Of a stretch of 64,000 nt of DNA, positions 39,038 through 49,328 are shown one piece after another. Position numbers and translations under genes: made by a program. The stretch is from Candidatus Portnoybacteria bacterium RIFCSPLOWO2_01_FULL_43_11 (lineage in GTDB: Bacteria; Patescibacteriota; Minisyncoccia; Portnoybacterales; UBA2143): contig MHNE01000008.1 of NCBI GenBank assembly GCA_001819605.1, positions 13,054 through 77,053 of the forward strand, in the 5' to 3' direction. The stretch's first letter is position 1, and every line of letters begins with the position of its first letter. The notes below the pieces were generated by a model. That model saw nothing but the letters and a program-made list of their open reading frames with translations, had not been told where the DNA came from and did no database searches.

Positions 39038-40111
39038 ATGGAAAAAGTTTATAAATTAACTAAACGACAACTAAATATCCTTGAATTTATCAAAAAAAAT
39101 GGTGGAGCAAGCAATCAGGAAATTAAAAACCGCCTTAAAGAAACTTTTGAAGACATCTCAAGAATTACAATAGTCCGCGACATTAATCTCCTTTTAAAAA
39201 ATAAGCTAATAGATAGAAAGGGTAAGGGAAGAAATGTCCGCTATGAAGAATTTATAAAAAGCGCGGTTTTAGCTTATTTTGATGTTGAGGAATATTTTAA
39301 AAAAGGGCCAGATGAAAGAAAGTTGACTTTTGAATATTTTAATTTTAGGATATTTAGCCAGTTTAAGGAAATTTTCACAGAAGAAGAACTAAAAAATTTA
39401 AAGACGCTAAACGACGGCTACAAAAAAAGAATCAAGAAACTATCGCCCGCGATTTTAAAAAAAGAGTTTGAAAGATTAACCATTGAATTAAGCTGGAAAT
39501 CATCTCAAATTGAAGGAAATACCTACTCTTTGATAGATACGGAGATTCTTATAAAAGAACATAAAGAAGCTGAAGGTCATAAAAAAGAAGAAGCGATAAT
39601 GATTTTAAACCATAAAAAAGCGCTGGATTATATTCTAAACAAAAAAAGCGACTTTAAAAAAATAAATCTGCGAAAAATTGAAAACATACAAAATTTAATA
39701 GTTGACAATCTTGGAATATCAAAAGGAATTAGGAAAAAACTGGTTGGAATCGTGGGGACAAGATACAAGCCGTTAGACAATGAATATCAAATCAAAGAAG
39801 CCTTAGAAAAAATGATAAAAATTATAAACAATTTTAAAGAACCGTTTTCTAAGGCGCTCGCGGCGATTCTGATGATTTCATATATCCAGCCGTTTGAAGA
39901 CGGCAATAAACGAACCGCTCGGCTTTTAGGCGACGCTTTGCTTTTAGCTTACGGCGCCTGTCCCCTTTCTTTCAGAAGCGTTAATGAAACGGACTACAAG
40001 AAAGCGGTAATTATTTTTTACGAACAGAATAGCGCGAGATTTTTCAAAGAATTATTCATCCAGCAATTTGAATTCGCAATTAAAAACTATTTTCTGTTAG
40101 AAAATCAATAA
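39038..40111 (+). CDS. HTH (winged-helix, DeoR-like) - Fic/DOC family protein with a degenerate Fic motif (QPFEDGNKRTAR)
   Basis: N-terminal HTH (LNILEFIKKNGGASNQEI...ITIVRDINLL). C-terminus IQPFEDGNKRTAR corresponds to the canonical HPFx(D/E)GNGRxxR with H->Q and G->K. Confidence 0.7.
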   Translation: MEKVYKLTKRQLNILEFIKKNGGASNQEIKNRLKETFEDISRITIVRDINLLLKNKLIDRKGKGRNVRYEEFIKSAVLAYFDVEEYFKKGPDERKLTFEYFNFRIFSQFKEIFTEEELKNLKTLNDGYKKRIKKLSPAILKKEFERLTIELSWKSSQIEGNTYSLIDTEILIKEHKEAEGHKKEEAIMILNHKKALDYILNKKSDFKKINLRKIENIQNLIVDNLGISKGIRKKLVGIVGTRYKPLDNEYQIKEALEKMIKIINNFKEPFSKALAAILMISYIQPFEDGNKRTARLLGDALLLAYGACPLSFRSVNETDYKKAVIIFYEQNSARFFKELFIQQFEFAIKNYFLLENQ

Positions 40112-40112
40112 T

Positions 40113-40802
40113 ATGAATCTAAAAGAATTTTTTAGACCGACAAATAAATCAACTTTATATTGGCTCATTTTGGGAGTGGTGGTTTTGGTTGCGGGAGGAG
40201 TAATTTGGTGGAGTTGGAATATAACTTCAAAAATCACTGATAGTGAACCTTTGGTTATTCCGAAAACAGAACTCAAAAATAATCAACCTATTGACACTTC
40301 AACTTGGAAAACTTATCGGAATGAGAAGTATGGGTTTGAGGTAAAATATCCGGAAGATTTCACAATTAACGAACGTCTTGGCGGTGGAGAGCAAAATCCA
40401 AACGCCGTTTACTTTAGATCAAAAAGCGATGATTTTTTTATAAAGATTGATAATGGTTATCAAGAGGTAGATCTACTTCCTTTCAAAGACTATGCTATGC
40501 AAATATCTAAAAATGCTTGCGACGCAGATGGTCCAAGCAGTTCTATGCATTGTGAAGAGATATCCGAACTTTCTCCTTTTAATGACATTCGAGTGGCACC
40601 AGCTTATGAAATTTATTTGAATGAAATTATACAAATGCGGGGCAAAAGTAATACACAAAGAACAAAAGGACCAATCATAGCCATCGACATAAGTATTCAC
40701 ACACAAGGTTTGACTAGAGGATTATTTATAAATTTACAAGGTAGCTCTAATAATGAAGAGATGATTAAAAAAATAGCTGCTACCTTTAAATTTATAGAAT
40801 AA
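40113..40802 (+). CDS. hypothetical secreted or membrane-anchored protein (N-terminal TM/signal anchor)
   Basis: 229 aa; hydrophobic segment LYWLILGVVVLVAGGVIWW followed by a soluble domain containing Cys residues. Confidence 0.5.
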   Translation: MNLKEFFRPTNKSTLYWLILGVVVLVAGGVIWWSWNITSKITDSEPLVIPKTELKNNQPIDTSTWKTYRNEKYGFEVKYPEDFTINERLGGGEQNPNAVYFRSKSDDFFIKIDNGYQEVDLLPFKDYAMQISKNACDADGPSSSMHCEEISELSPFNDIRVAPAYEIYLNEIIQMRGKSNTQRTKGPIIAIDISIHTQGLTRGLFINLQGSSNNEEMIKKIAATFKFIE

Positions 40803-40879
40803 TTTTTACCTTGTTAAATAGTCGCAAAGCGAATTTAACGGGGTGAATTTTAAAATTATTGGTTACTCGTCACTTATTT

Positions 40880-41326
40880 ATGCGATACACTTCAAAACAA
40901 TACGCCAAAGCGCTTTGGGAAGTTTGGGAGGAAAAATCGCCGGATAAAAGAACGGCGGTTTTGGGCAGGTTTATAAAACTTCTGAAAAAACAAAGGGCGA
41001 TGAAAAAACTGGACTTTATTATCCAAGAGCTTGAAAAAATTTATTTAATAAAGAATAATTTATTAAAAGCCGGAATAACAGCCCCTTTCCCGCCTTCTAA
41101 GATATCGCTTGAACGGATTAAAAAACTTGTCCCGCATCTTTTTACGGCACAGCAAAAAGGTGCGGGATTTATTTCTTCTTTTTATAAACATCGGCCTGAT
41201 AAAATTATTTTAGAACAAAAAATTGATAAAAATCTAATCGGCGGATTTCAAATTAAAGTAAACGATTATTTAATAGACGGGAGCGTTAGAAATATGTTGG
41301 TAAAATTAAAAAAAACTAATCTATGA
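40880..41326 (+). CDS. atpH: ATP synthase F1 delta subunit (OSCP)
   Basis: YAKALWEV N-terminus and C-terminal [10 protein letters not shown] pattern; lies immediately upstream of atpA. Confidence 0.7.
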   Translation: MRYTSKQYAKALWEVWEEKSPDKRTAVLGRFIKLLKKQRAMKKLDFIIQELEKIYLIKNNLLKAGITAPFPPSKISLERIKKLVPHLFTAQQKGAGFISSFYKHRPDKIILEQKIDKNLIGGFQIKVNDYLIDGSVRNMLVKLKKTNL

Positions 41327-42837
41327 ACCTCATCATTGAACAATTAAAAAAACAGATAGAAGGATTTAAAAAAGAGCAGGAAATTTCCGAAACCGGCCGC
41401 GTTTTGACTTTAAATGACGGGGTTTGTTCTCTTTCGGGCTTAAATAACGTCTTAATGGGAGAACTCATCTTATTTGAAAAAGACAAAGAAGAAGTTTTCG
41501 GCGTGGTTTTAAATTTGGAAGAAGATTTGGTCGGTGCGATAATTTTGGGCGATTTTACCAAACTCAAGGAAGGCGACATTGCCAAAAGAACGAAAAAAGT
41601 GCTTTCCATCGGCGCTTCCAAAAATTTCATTGGCCGGGTTATAAATCCCTTGGGCGAGCCGCTGGATAAAAAAGGAGAAATAAAATACGAAAAAACCGAA
41701 CCTTTGGAAAAAATAGCTCCCGGAGTGTTAAAAAGAGAACCGGTCAATACCCCTCTTCACACCGGCATTAAATCCGTTGACTCTATGATCCCCATTGGCC
41801 GGGGCCAAAGAGAGCTTATTATCGGCGACCGGCAAATCGGAAAAACCGCTTTGGCGATTGACACAATCATCAACCAAAAACAGGATTCTTTAAAAACTCC
41901 CGTTTGTATTTATGTGGCTATTGGCCAGAAAAGCTCAAAAATTGCCGGAATTGTTGAAAAATTAAAAGAAAAAGGCGCGATGAATTATTCTATCGTGATA
42001 TCGGCAAGCGCTTCAGACCCGGCTCCGCTTTGGTATATCGCCCCATACGCCGGCTGCGCTTTGGGAGAATATTTTATGGACAAAGGCGAAGATGTTTTAA
42101 TTGTCTATGACGATTTATCAAAGCACGCTTGGGCTTACCGCCAGATTTCTTTGCTTTTAAGGCGGCCGCCGGGAAGAGAAGCTTACCCGGGCGATGTTTT
42201 TTATCTCCATTCCCGGCTTTTGGAAAGAAGCGCGAAGCTAAGCTTTGAACTCGGCGGCGGCTCTATTACCGCTCTCCCGATTGTGGAAACCCAGGCCGGC
42301 GATGTTTCAGCTTACATACCAACCAATATTATTTCCATTACTGACGGCCAAATTTACTTGGAGCCGGAGCTTTTTTATCAGGGAATCAGGCCGGCTTTAA
42401 ATGTGGGGCTTTCCGTGTCGCGGGTCGGCTCCGCGGCCCAGACCAAAGCGATGAAAAAAGTGGCTGGCAAGCTCCGTCTTGATTTGGCTCAATTCAGAGA
42501 ATTAGCCAGCTTTGCCCAGTTTAGCTCGGATTTAGACGAAATCACCAAACAAAAAATTGACCGGGGCCAAAGAGTTACGGAAATTCTAAAACAAAGGCAG
42601 TACGCTCCCCTGTCTTTTGAAAAACAGGTCTGTATTCTTTACGCGGCCACTCAAGGAATGTTAGACGACATTGAAGTTTCAGAAATTAAAAATTTTGAAA
42701 ATAAATTTCTGGAGCATCTGGAAAATCAAAATGCAGAATTTCTAAAATCGTTGAGAGAGAAAAAAGACTTAACCGACGAATTGGAAAAAGAACTAAAAAA
42801 TATTATTGAAAATTTTAAGAAAGTTTTTAGAAAATAG
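41323..42837 (+). CDS. atpA: ATP synthase F1 alpha subunit
   Basis: P-loop GDRQIGKT and conserved alpha-subunit sequence; 504 aa. Confidence 0.95.
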   Translation: MNLIIEQLKKQIEGFKKEQEISETGRVLTLNDGVCSLSGLNNVLMGELILFEKDKEEVFGVVLNLEEDLVGAIILGDFTKLKEGDIAKRTKKVLSIGASKNFIGRVINPLGEPLDKKGEIKYEKTEPLEKIAPGVLKREPVNTPLHTGIKSVDSMIPIGRGQRELIIGDRQIGKTALAIDTIINQKQDSLKTPVCIYVAIGQKSSKIAGIVEKLKEKGAMNYSIVISASASDPAPLWYIAPYAGCALGEYFMDKGEDVLIVYDDLSKHAWAYRQISLLLRRPPGREAYPGDVFYLHSRLLERSAKLSFELGGGSITALPIVETQAGDVSAYIPTNIISITDGQIYLEPELFYQGIRPALNVGLSVSRVGSAAQTKAMKKVAGKLRLDLAQFRELASFAQFSSDLDEITKQKIDRGQRVTEILKQRQYAPLSFEKQVCILYAATQGMLDDIEVSEIKNFENKFLEHLENQNAEFLKSLREKKDLTDELEKELKNIIENFKKVFRK

Positions 42838-42839
42838 AT

Positions 42840-43799
42840 ATGGCTCTCAACACTAAAGACATCAAAAGAAGAAGAAAATCAATTTCCAATATTGGCCAGA
42901 TTGCCAAAGCAATGGAGGTTGTTTCAGTGACTAAAATGAGACGAAGCCAAGCTATCGCTTTGGCTACGCGTCCTTATACCCGTGAAGCAATGGAGATTTT
43001 AAAAACCATCAGCCAGAGAACAGACCCGGCTTTTTCTTATTTCTTGGAGCAGAGGCCGGAACAAAAAATAGCCGTCTTGCTTATAAGCGCCGACAAAGGA
43101 CTATGCGGCGGATTAAACAGCAATATTTTCCGTAAAACAGAAGAGATTTTAAACCAACACCCGGATTCTCAAATTGATTTTGTGGTTATTGGCAAAAAAG
43201 GAGCTGAATGGTGCGAGAGGAAAAAATTAAATGTCATAAAATCTTTTTTTAGTTTCGGCGACTATGTTGATTTTGAACAAACCGCGCCGGTTTCGGAATT
43301 TATCATTAATATTTTTAGAGCCCGAAAACACGACGCGGTCTTCGCAATTTACACAAATTTTTTAAGCGCCTTAAAACAGGAAGCAACCGCTAAACTGATT
43401 CTCCCTTTAAAAGAAGAAAGTTTAAAAGAAATAATCACCTCTATCGTGCCGACTTACGGCAGATTCGCCAGTGTAAATCACGGAGAACCGTTCTCCGTTT
43501 TAACGGAGAACGGTTCTCCGCTAGATAAAAAGTTTAAATGGGAATTTGAATATAAATTTGAGCCGGATATAAAAATCATTTTAGACGACCTTTTGTATAA
43601 TTTAACGCAGGTGGAAATTTATTATGTGATTTTGGAAAGCAACGCTTCCGAGCATTCGGCCAGAAGAATGGCTATGAAAAACGCTTCTGACAACGCGGAA
43701 AACATTATCAAAGACTTAAATTTGCTCTATAATAAAGCCAGACAAGCGGCCATCACTCAAGAAATCAGCGAAATCGCCGCCGGAAGCGGCGGGGTATAA
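42840..43799 (+). CDS. atpG: ATP synthase F1 gamma subunit
   Basis: N-terminal IKRRRKSISNIGQIAKAMEVVS and C-terminal ITQEISEI.AG motifs. Confidence 0.85.
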   Translation: MALNTKDIKRRRKSISNIGQIAKAMEVVSVTKMRRSQAIALATRPYTREAMEILKTISQRTDPAFSYFLEQRPEQKIAVLLISADKGLCGGLNSNIFRKTEEILNQHPDSQIDFVVIGKKGAEWCERKKLNVIKSFFSFGDYVDFEQTAPVSEFIINIFRARKHDAVFAIYTNFLSALKQEATAKLILPLKEESLKEIITSIVPTYGRFASVNHGEPFSVLTENGSPLDKKFKWEFEYKFEPDIKIILDDLLYNLTQVEIYYVILESNASEHSARRMAMKNASDNAENIIKDLNLLYNKARQAAITQEISEIAAGSGGV

Positions 43800-45182
<1,383 letters not shown>

Positions 45183-45183
45183 A

Positions 45184-45432
45184 ATGAACAATTTTCTCTT
45201 AAAAATCATCGGTCTCAAAGAGACCCTTTTTGACGGAAGGGCGGTTTCGGTTAATCTTCCCTCTTCCGAGGGCGAACTGACTATTTTAAAAGACCATTTG
45301 CCTTTAATTACCGCCCTAAAAAGAGGTAAAATTAAAGTTAGAGACGAAAACAATCAGGAACATCTTTTTGAAATTCAAAGAGGTTTTTTAGAAGTTAACC
45401 CGAATAAAGTGACCATTTTAAAACATGAATAA
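45184..45432 (+). CDS. atpC: ATP synthase F1 epsilon subunit
   Basis: 82 aa beta-sandwich N-domain (L.I..P...F.G.V..V..P...GE..IL.H); position in the operon. Confidence 0.75.
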   Translation: MNNFLLKIIGLKETLFDGRAVSVNLPSSEGELTILKDHLPLITALKRGKIKVRDENNQEHLFEIQRGFLEVNPNKVTILKHE

Positions 45433-45877
45433 CCACTCCCATAAATTGCCACAGGCCATAGTTCTTTCCTGCATTGATTTTCGTTTTCACGAAAAATTAA
45501 AGCGGGCGCTAAAAAAGGAAAAAATAAATTCTTATGACCTAATATGCTTGGCCGGCGGAGCGAAAAATCTGGTGAGTCCGAATAAAAAAATTTATCAACA
45601 GATTGTCATTGATAACATTAAGCTGGCTCAAAAACTTCACAAAATAAAAACGGTTGTTTTGTGTAATCACATAGACTGCGGCGCTTACTTGCCCGCCGAC
45701 TTGTCCGCCAAAGCTTCAGCGTCGGCGGAAGTATTGGCGCAGACGGGCGGCGGCAGCAGTCAATTCAAAAATCAAAACGAAGAAACAAAGTTCCATCAAG
45801 CTGAACTAAAAAAAGCGGGGAATTTATTAAAAAAATTGTTTCCTGCTTTAAGAATAAAAGTTATCTTGCTGGAGTAG
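45425..45877 (+). CDS. beta-class carbonic-anhydrase-like protein
   Basis: CIDFR and HIDCGA resemble the beta-CA CxDxR / HxxCG zinc-ligand motifs; overlaps the atpC stop. Confidence 0.45.
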   Translation: MNNHSHKLPQAIVLSCIDFRFHEKLKRALKKEKINSYDLICLAGGAKNLVSPNKKIYQQIVIDNIKLAQKLHKIKTVVLCNHIDCGAYLPADLSAKASASAEVLAQTGGGSSQFKNQNEETKFHQAELKKAGNLLKKLFPALRIKVILLE

Positions 45878-45931
45878 CGGAGCGAAGCTCCGCATCTATT
45901 GCGAAGCTCGCTTTGCTCGCTTCGCTACTCC
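45871..45931. repeat. second copy of the GC-rich palindromic repeat (GGAGTAGCGGAGCGAAGCTCCGC...GCTTCGCTACTCC) overlapping a gene stop
   Basis: Shares both termini and internal GAGCTTCGC/GCGAAGCTC blocks with 8101-8161. Confidence 0.65.
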
Positions 45932-45943
45932 AAAATAGAAACA

Positions 45944-45976
45944 GGGCGCTTCGGTTTTGCTGAAGCGCCCTTTTGT
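45944..45976 (+). terminator. rho-independent terminator of the atp operon (GGGCGCTTC-ggttttgct-GAAGCGCCC + TTTTGT)
   Basis: 9-bp GC-rich stem followed by a T-run. Confidence 0.65.
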
Positions 45977-45977
45977 G

Positions 45978-46172
45978 CTAAACTTCGATTAGTTTTTGAT
46001 GCTGTTTTAAAAAATTCTTAATCTCTTTTCTTCTCCCGATAACAACAAGCTCTTGATCTCCGGGAGGACCGATTAGATTCACCGCCGGTCCATAGGGAAT
46101 TGAGATATCGGCTGGATTTATTATCTGTCCTTTTTTAACCTTAAAACATTTAACTTTCCTTCGAAAAAACAT
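45978..46172 (-). CDS. small hypothetical protein, possibly AbrB/MazE-like swapped-hairpin fold
   Basis: 64 aa; VKKGQIINPADISIP...GDQELVVIGRRKEI loosely resembles MazE/AbrB. Confidence 0.3.
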   Translation of the reverse strand: MFFRRKVKCFKVKKGQIINPADISIPYGPAVNLIGPPGDQELVVIGRRKEIKNFLKQHQKLIEV

Positions 46173-46244
46173 TTTCTCTCCCTCCTATAAAAAAGTTAAT
46201 AACCTCTCAATTTTTCGTGTACTGTCCATACTAATACACCTATT

Positions 46245-46988
46245 CTACAATTTTGTCAATACCTCCCCTTTTTCAGTCACGGCCACCGTCTGCTCAAAAT
46301 GAGCTGACAGAAAGCCATCTATTGTTTCAAAACCAAAGCCGTCTTTGGATTTTTTTAATTTCCAGTCGCCCATAGTGACCATTGGCTCAATAGCCAAAAC
46401 CATACCCGGTTTTAGTTCCGGGCCCTTGTGGCGTTTGCCAAAATTGGGGATTTCCGGCGCTTCGTGAAGCTTCCGGCCAATACCATGGCCGCAAAGCTGA
46501 CGCACCACATTAAATCCCTGACCTTCAACATAACTCTCTACAGCTTGGGAAATATCGCCAATGTGCTTGCCCGGCTTAACCCGACTAATAGCTCTTTTAA
46601 GGGCTTTTTTAGTTATCCTGATTAATCGGCCGGCTTCCGGAGAAATTCTACCAACCGGAACGGTTATCGCCATATCTAAATAAAATCCTTTATAAAGAAT
46701 ACCTAAGTCTAAACTTACAATATCGCCCTCCATAAGCCGGCGCTTTGAAGGCGCTGAATGGACAATCTCTTCATTTATTGAAGTACAAAGAACAGCCGGA
46801 AATCCCTGATAGCCCTTAAAAGCCGGCTTTACTCCATATTTAAAAACCAGTTCTTCTGTTAGCTGGTTTAGTTCTTGGGTAGAGATGCCCGGCTTTGCTT
46901 TACTTTTTAACTCTTCCATAATCTTAGCCAGGACCCTACCGCCTTCTCTCATTATTTTGATTTCTTCCGAGGTTTTAATAGGTATCAT
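46245..46988 (-). CDS. map: type I methionine aminopeptidase
   Basis: Metal ligands D..D..H..E..E in the pita-bread fold (CGHGIG, VLAIEPM); 247 aa. Confidence 0.95.
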   Translation of the reverse strand: MIPIKTSEEIKIMREGGRVLAKIMEELKSKAKPGISTQELNQLTEELVFKYGVKPAFKGYQGFPAVLCTSINEEIVHSAPSKRRLMEGDIVSLDLGILYKGFYLDMAITVPVGRISPEAGRLIRITKKALKRAISRVKPGKHIGDISQAVESYVEGQGFNVVRQLCGHGIGRKLHEAPEIPNFGKRHKGPELKPGMVLAIEPMVTMGDWKLKKSKDGFGFETIDGFLSAHFEQTVAVTEKGEVLTKL

Positions 46989-47014
46989 CTTTTAAAATAC
47001 AAGCTCAATAAGTG

Positions 47015-47160
47015 AGGAAATATGTCTTTTGACGACATAGAATTTCGAACAGGCATGGTTCCGAGCTCCGCCAGTTGGCGGAGCGAGGAGAGCGAGAAAT
47101 TATAACGAGCAAAATCCCTCGCTGTGGAATTTTGCGCAGCTGAAAAGTATATCGTCCCGC
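47015..47160. repeat. GC-rich structured spacer between map and adk, related to the GAGCTCCGC/GCGGAGCGA repeat family
   Basis: Hairpins TATGTC..GACATA, CTCCGCC-agtt-GGCGGAG and GCGAGG...CCTCGC; k-mers shared with 8101-8161 and 45871-45931. Confidence 0.5.
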
Positions 47161-47163
47161 TTA

Positions 47164-47847
47164 TCATCCTACAACCTCCAAAATATCTTTATGTACATCT
47201 TCAATGCTCTGCTCTCCTTCCACCTCTTTTATTTTTAACCCCTCTTCTTTAAAATACTCTATTAACGGCTTTGTTCTTTCTTCGTATTCTTTTAACCTTA
47301 CTTTAATATTTTCTTTTTTGTCGTCTTCCCGGACAACTAATTTAGCGCCGCACTTGGGACATTGAGTAAGTTTTTTGGTTTCTTCCGAAGGAAAGATTGG
47401 ACGACGGCACTCTGAACAAGTTCTTCTTCTGGTGTTTCGCCAAATCGTCTGCTCTTTGCTCAACTTAATTAAAATAATCTGAATATTTTTCGGGTCGTAT
47501 AATTTTTTAAGAAGCGGGATAAGTTCTTTTCCTTCGTATAAAGTCCGCGGTGAACCAACCAAAAGTAAACTCTTACCTTGATTAGCCAGCTTTTCTATTT
47601 CTTGCTTAACCCAAAAGGCAACTACCGCCGGCGTCCAGAGAATGCCTTTTTCAGAAAGCTTTTTTTCTTGAGCTAAAGAATATTTTTGGCCATCAATAAC
47701 TACGCAGTCGCCTTTCTTGGCTTGCTTTAATTTGGCCTCCCCAATCTTACTTGTCTCAAAATAAAATAAGCCCAATTTTTCGGCCAGTAATTCCGCTTGC
47801 GTGCCCTTGCCAGAACCCGGCGGGCCAATAAGAATAATTACTTTCAT
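47164..47847 (-). CDS. adk: adenylate kinase (zinc-binding lid)
   Basis: P-loop GPPGSGKGTQ and lid CSECRR...CPKCG. Confidence 0.95.
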   Translation of the reverse strand: MKVIILIGPPGSGKGTQAELLAEKLGLFYFETSKIGEAKLKQAKKGDCVVIDGQKYSLAQEKKLSEKGILWTPAVVAFWVKQEIEKLANQGKSLLLVGSPRTLYEGKELIPLLKKLYDPKNIQIILIKLSKEQTIWRNTRRRTCSECRRPIFPSEETKKLTQCPKCGAKLVVREDDKKENIKVRLKEYEERTKPLIEYFKEEGLKIKEVEGEQSIEDVHKDILEVVG

Positions 47848-47885
47848 TAGATTAAATCTTATAACTTAGACGTAAGAAATCCGAG

Positions 47886-48017
47886 CGTTGTTTACACTAC
47901 CGTCTGTCATTCCCGCGAAAGCGGGAATCCAGTATGCTTATTTTGGCTCTGATGCTTATACTATTTGGTGCCCGCCTTCGCGGGCATGACAGGTCTATAA
48001 CAAAAGTGTAAACAACG
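47886..48017. repeat. ~132-bp imperfect palindromic element between adk and secY, with 13-bp terminal inverted repeats CGTTGTTTACACT/AGTGTAAACAACG and internal GC hairpins
   Basis: Left arm CTGTCATTCCCGC-GAAA-GCGGGAAT is roughly the reverse complement of right arm TGCCCGC-CTTC-GCGGGCATGACAG. Confidence 0.6.
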
Positions 48018-48032
48018 CGTTAAATTCCTACG

Positions 48033-49316
48033 CTAAAATCCCTCGTAATCCCTCATCACTAACTGACTTTTTATCTGACGCACGGTCTCTAAAACCACGG
48101 AAACAACGATTAAAAGCGCGGTGCCGCCGATGACAAAGCCAAAAGCAGTGATGCCGGTAGCGCCCTGAACGACTGAAGGCAGAACCGCTATGGTGCCCAA
48201 AAACACGGCGCCGAAAAGTAAAACTCTGTTTAAAATATAATAAAGAAAACTTGAAGTTGATTGGCCCGGCCGAATGCCCGGAATAAAGCCACCCATTTTT
48301 TGCAGATTATTTGCCACATTCTTTGGGTCAAAAGTAACGGCCGTGTAAAAAAAAGTAAAAAGAACCACTAAAATAAAATAAGATACGCCGTAAAACCAAG
48401 GATTCTGAAAAGCGTTGCTGATAAAACGAGCCGCGTTGGCCAGCCAAGCGGTGCTTGAAGCGGACAAGAAATTAGCCACCATGCCCGGAAAAAGCATAAT
48501 TGACAAAGCGAAGATAATAGGAATAACGCCGGCCGGATTAACGTTTAAAGGAAGATAAGTGGAAACGCCGCCGTAGACCCGATGACCGCGAATCCTTTTA
48601 GCGTAAGAAACCGGAATATTTCTCCGGCCTTCAGTAATAAAAACCACGCCGGCCGTAATAATCAAAGCTAAGACAAAAAAAGCAAGGTAAGACGGAATTT
48701 TTGACGGCTCGTAAGTAATGGCTAATTCTCTGATGGAAATAGGCACGCCGGCCACGATGCCGGCAAAAATCAAAAGAGAAACGCCGTTGCCAATACCTTT
48801 TTCTGAAATTAATTCACCCAGCCACATTAAAAATACAGCCCCGGCCGTAATCATTAAAATAGAGGTTATCCATTGAGTAATGGAAAAACTGCCGGTAATA
48901 CCCTGCCTAGTTAAAATAGTCAGCATTCCATAAGACTGGAGAGCGGCCAAGGGCACGGTCAGCATTCGCGCGTATTGATTGAATTTATGCCGGCCCGCTT
49001 CGCCTTCTTCTTTATAAAGGGCTTCCAGTTGAGGAAAAATCATGGTCAAAAGCTGCATAATAATAGTGGCTGTGATATAAGGACCCAGCCCTAACATAAT
49101 AATAGACATATTACTCATGGCGCCACCGGTAAAAATATTTAAAAGGCCGAATAATTGATTAGCTCCAAAAAACTGCCGGAGTCTCTCGGAGTCAATGCCC
49201 GGCACCGGAACATTGGCCGCAATCCGAAAAACAACCAAAATAAGCAAGACAAAAATTATTTTCTTGCGGAGATCTTTAATTTTAAATATTTGGATGACTT
49301 TTTGATACCAACGCAT
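48033..49316 (-). CDS. secY: preprotein translocase subunit SecY
   Basis: 10-TM SecY with conserved plug and loop motifs (GRRNIPV, GIMPIYI-like). Confidence 0.95.
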   Translation of the reverse strand: MRWYQKVIQIFKIKDLRKKIIFVLLILVVFRIAANVPVPGIDSERLRQFFGANQLFGLLNIFTGGAMSNMSIIMLGLGPYITATIIMQLLTMIFPQLEALYKEEGEAGRHKFNQYARMLTVPLAALQSYGMLTILTRQGITGSFSITQWITSILMITAGAVFLMWLGELISEKGIGNGVSLLIFAGIVAGVPISIRELAITYEPSKIPSYLAFFVLALIITAGVVFITEGRRNIPVSYAKRIRGHRVYGGVSTYLPLNVNPAGVIPIIFALSIMLFPGMVANFLSASSTAWLANAARFISNAFQNPWFYGVSYFILVVLFTFFYTAVTFDPKNVANNLQKMGGFIPGIRPGQSTSSFLYYILNRVLLFGAVFLGTIAVLPSVVQGATGITAFGFVIGGTALLIVVSVVLETVRQIKSQLVMRDYEGF

Positions 49317-49328
49317 AAATTTTTCGCT

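Noticed and set aside
47040-47060. T-loop-like GTTCGAAAT suggesting a tRNA between map and adk
   Set aside because: No flanking acceptor or anticodon stems could be formed on either strand; the motif is coincidental within the GC-rich spacer.
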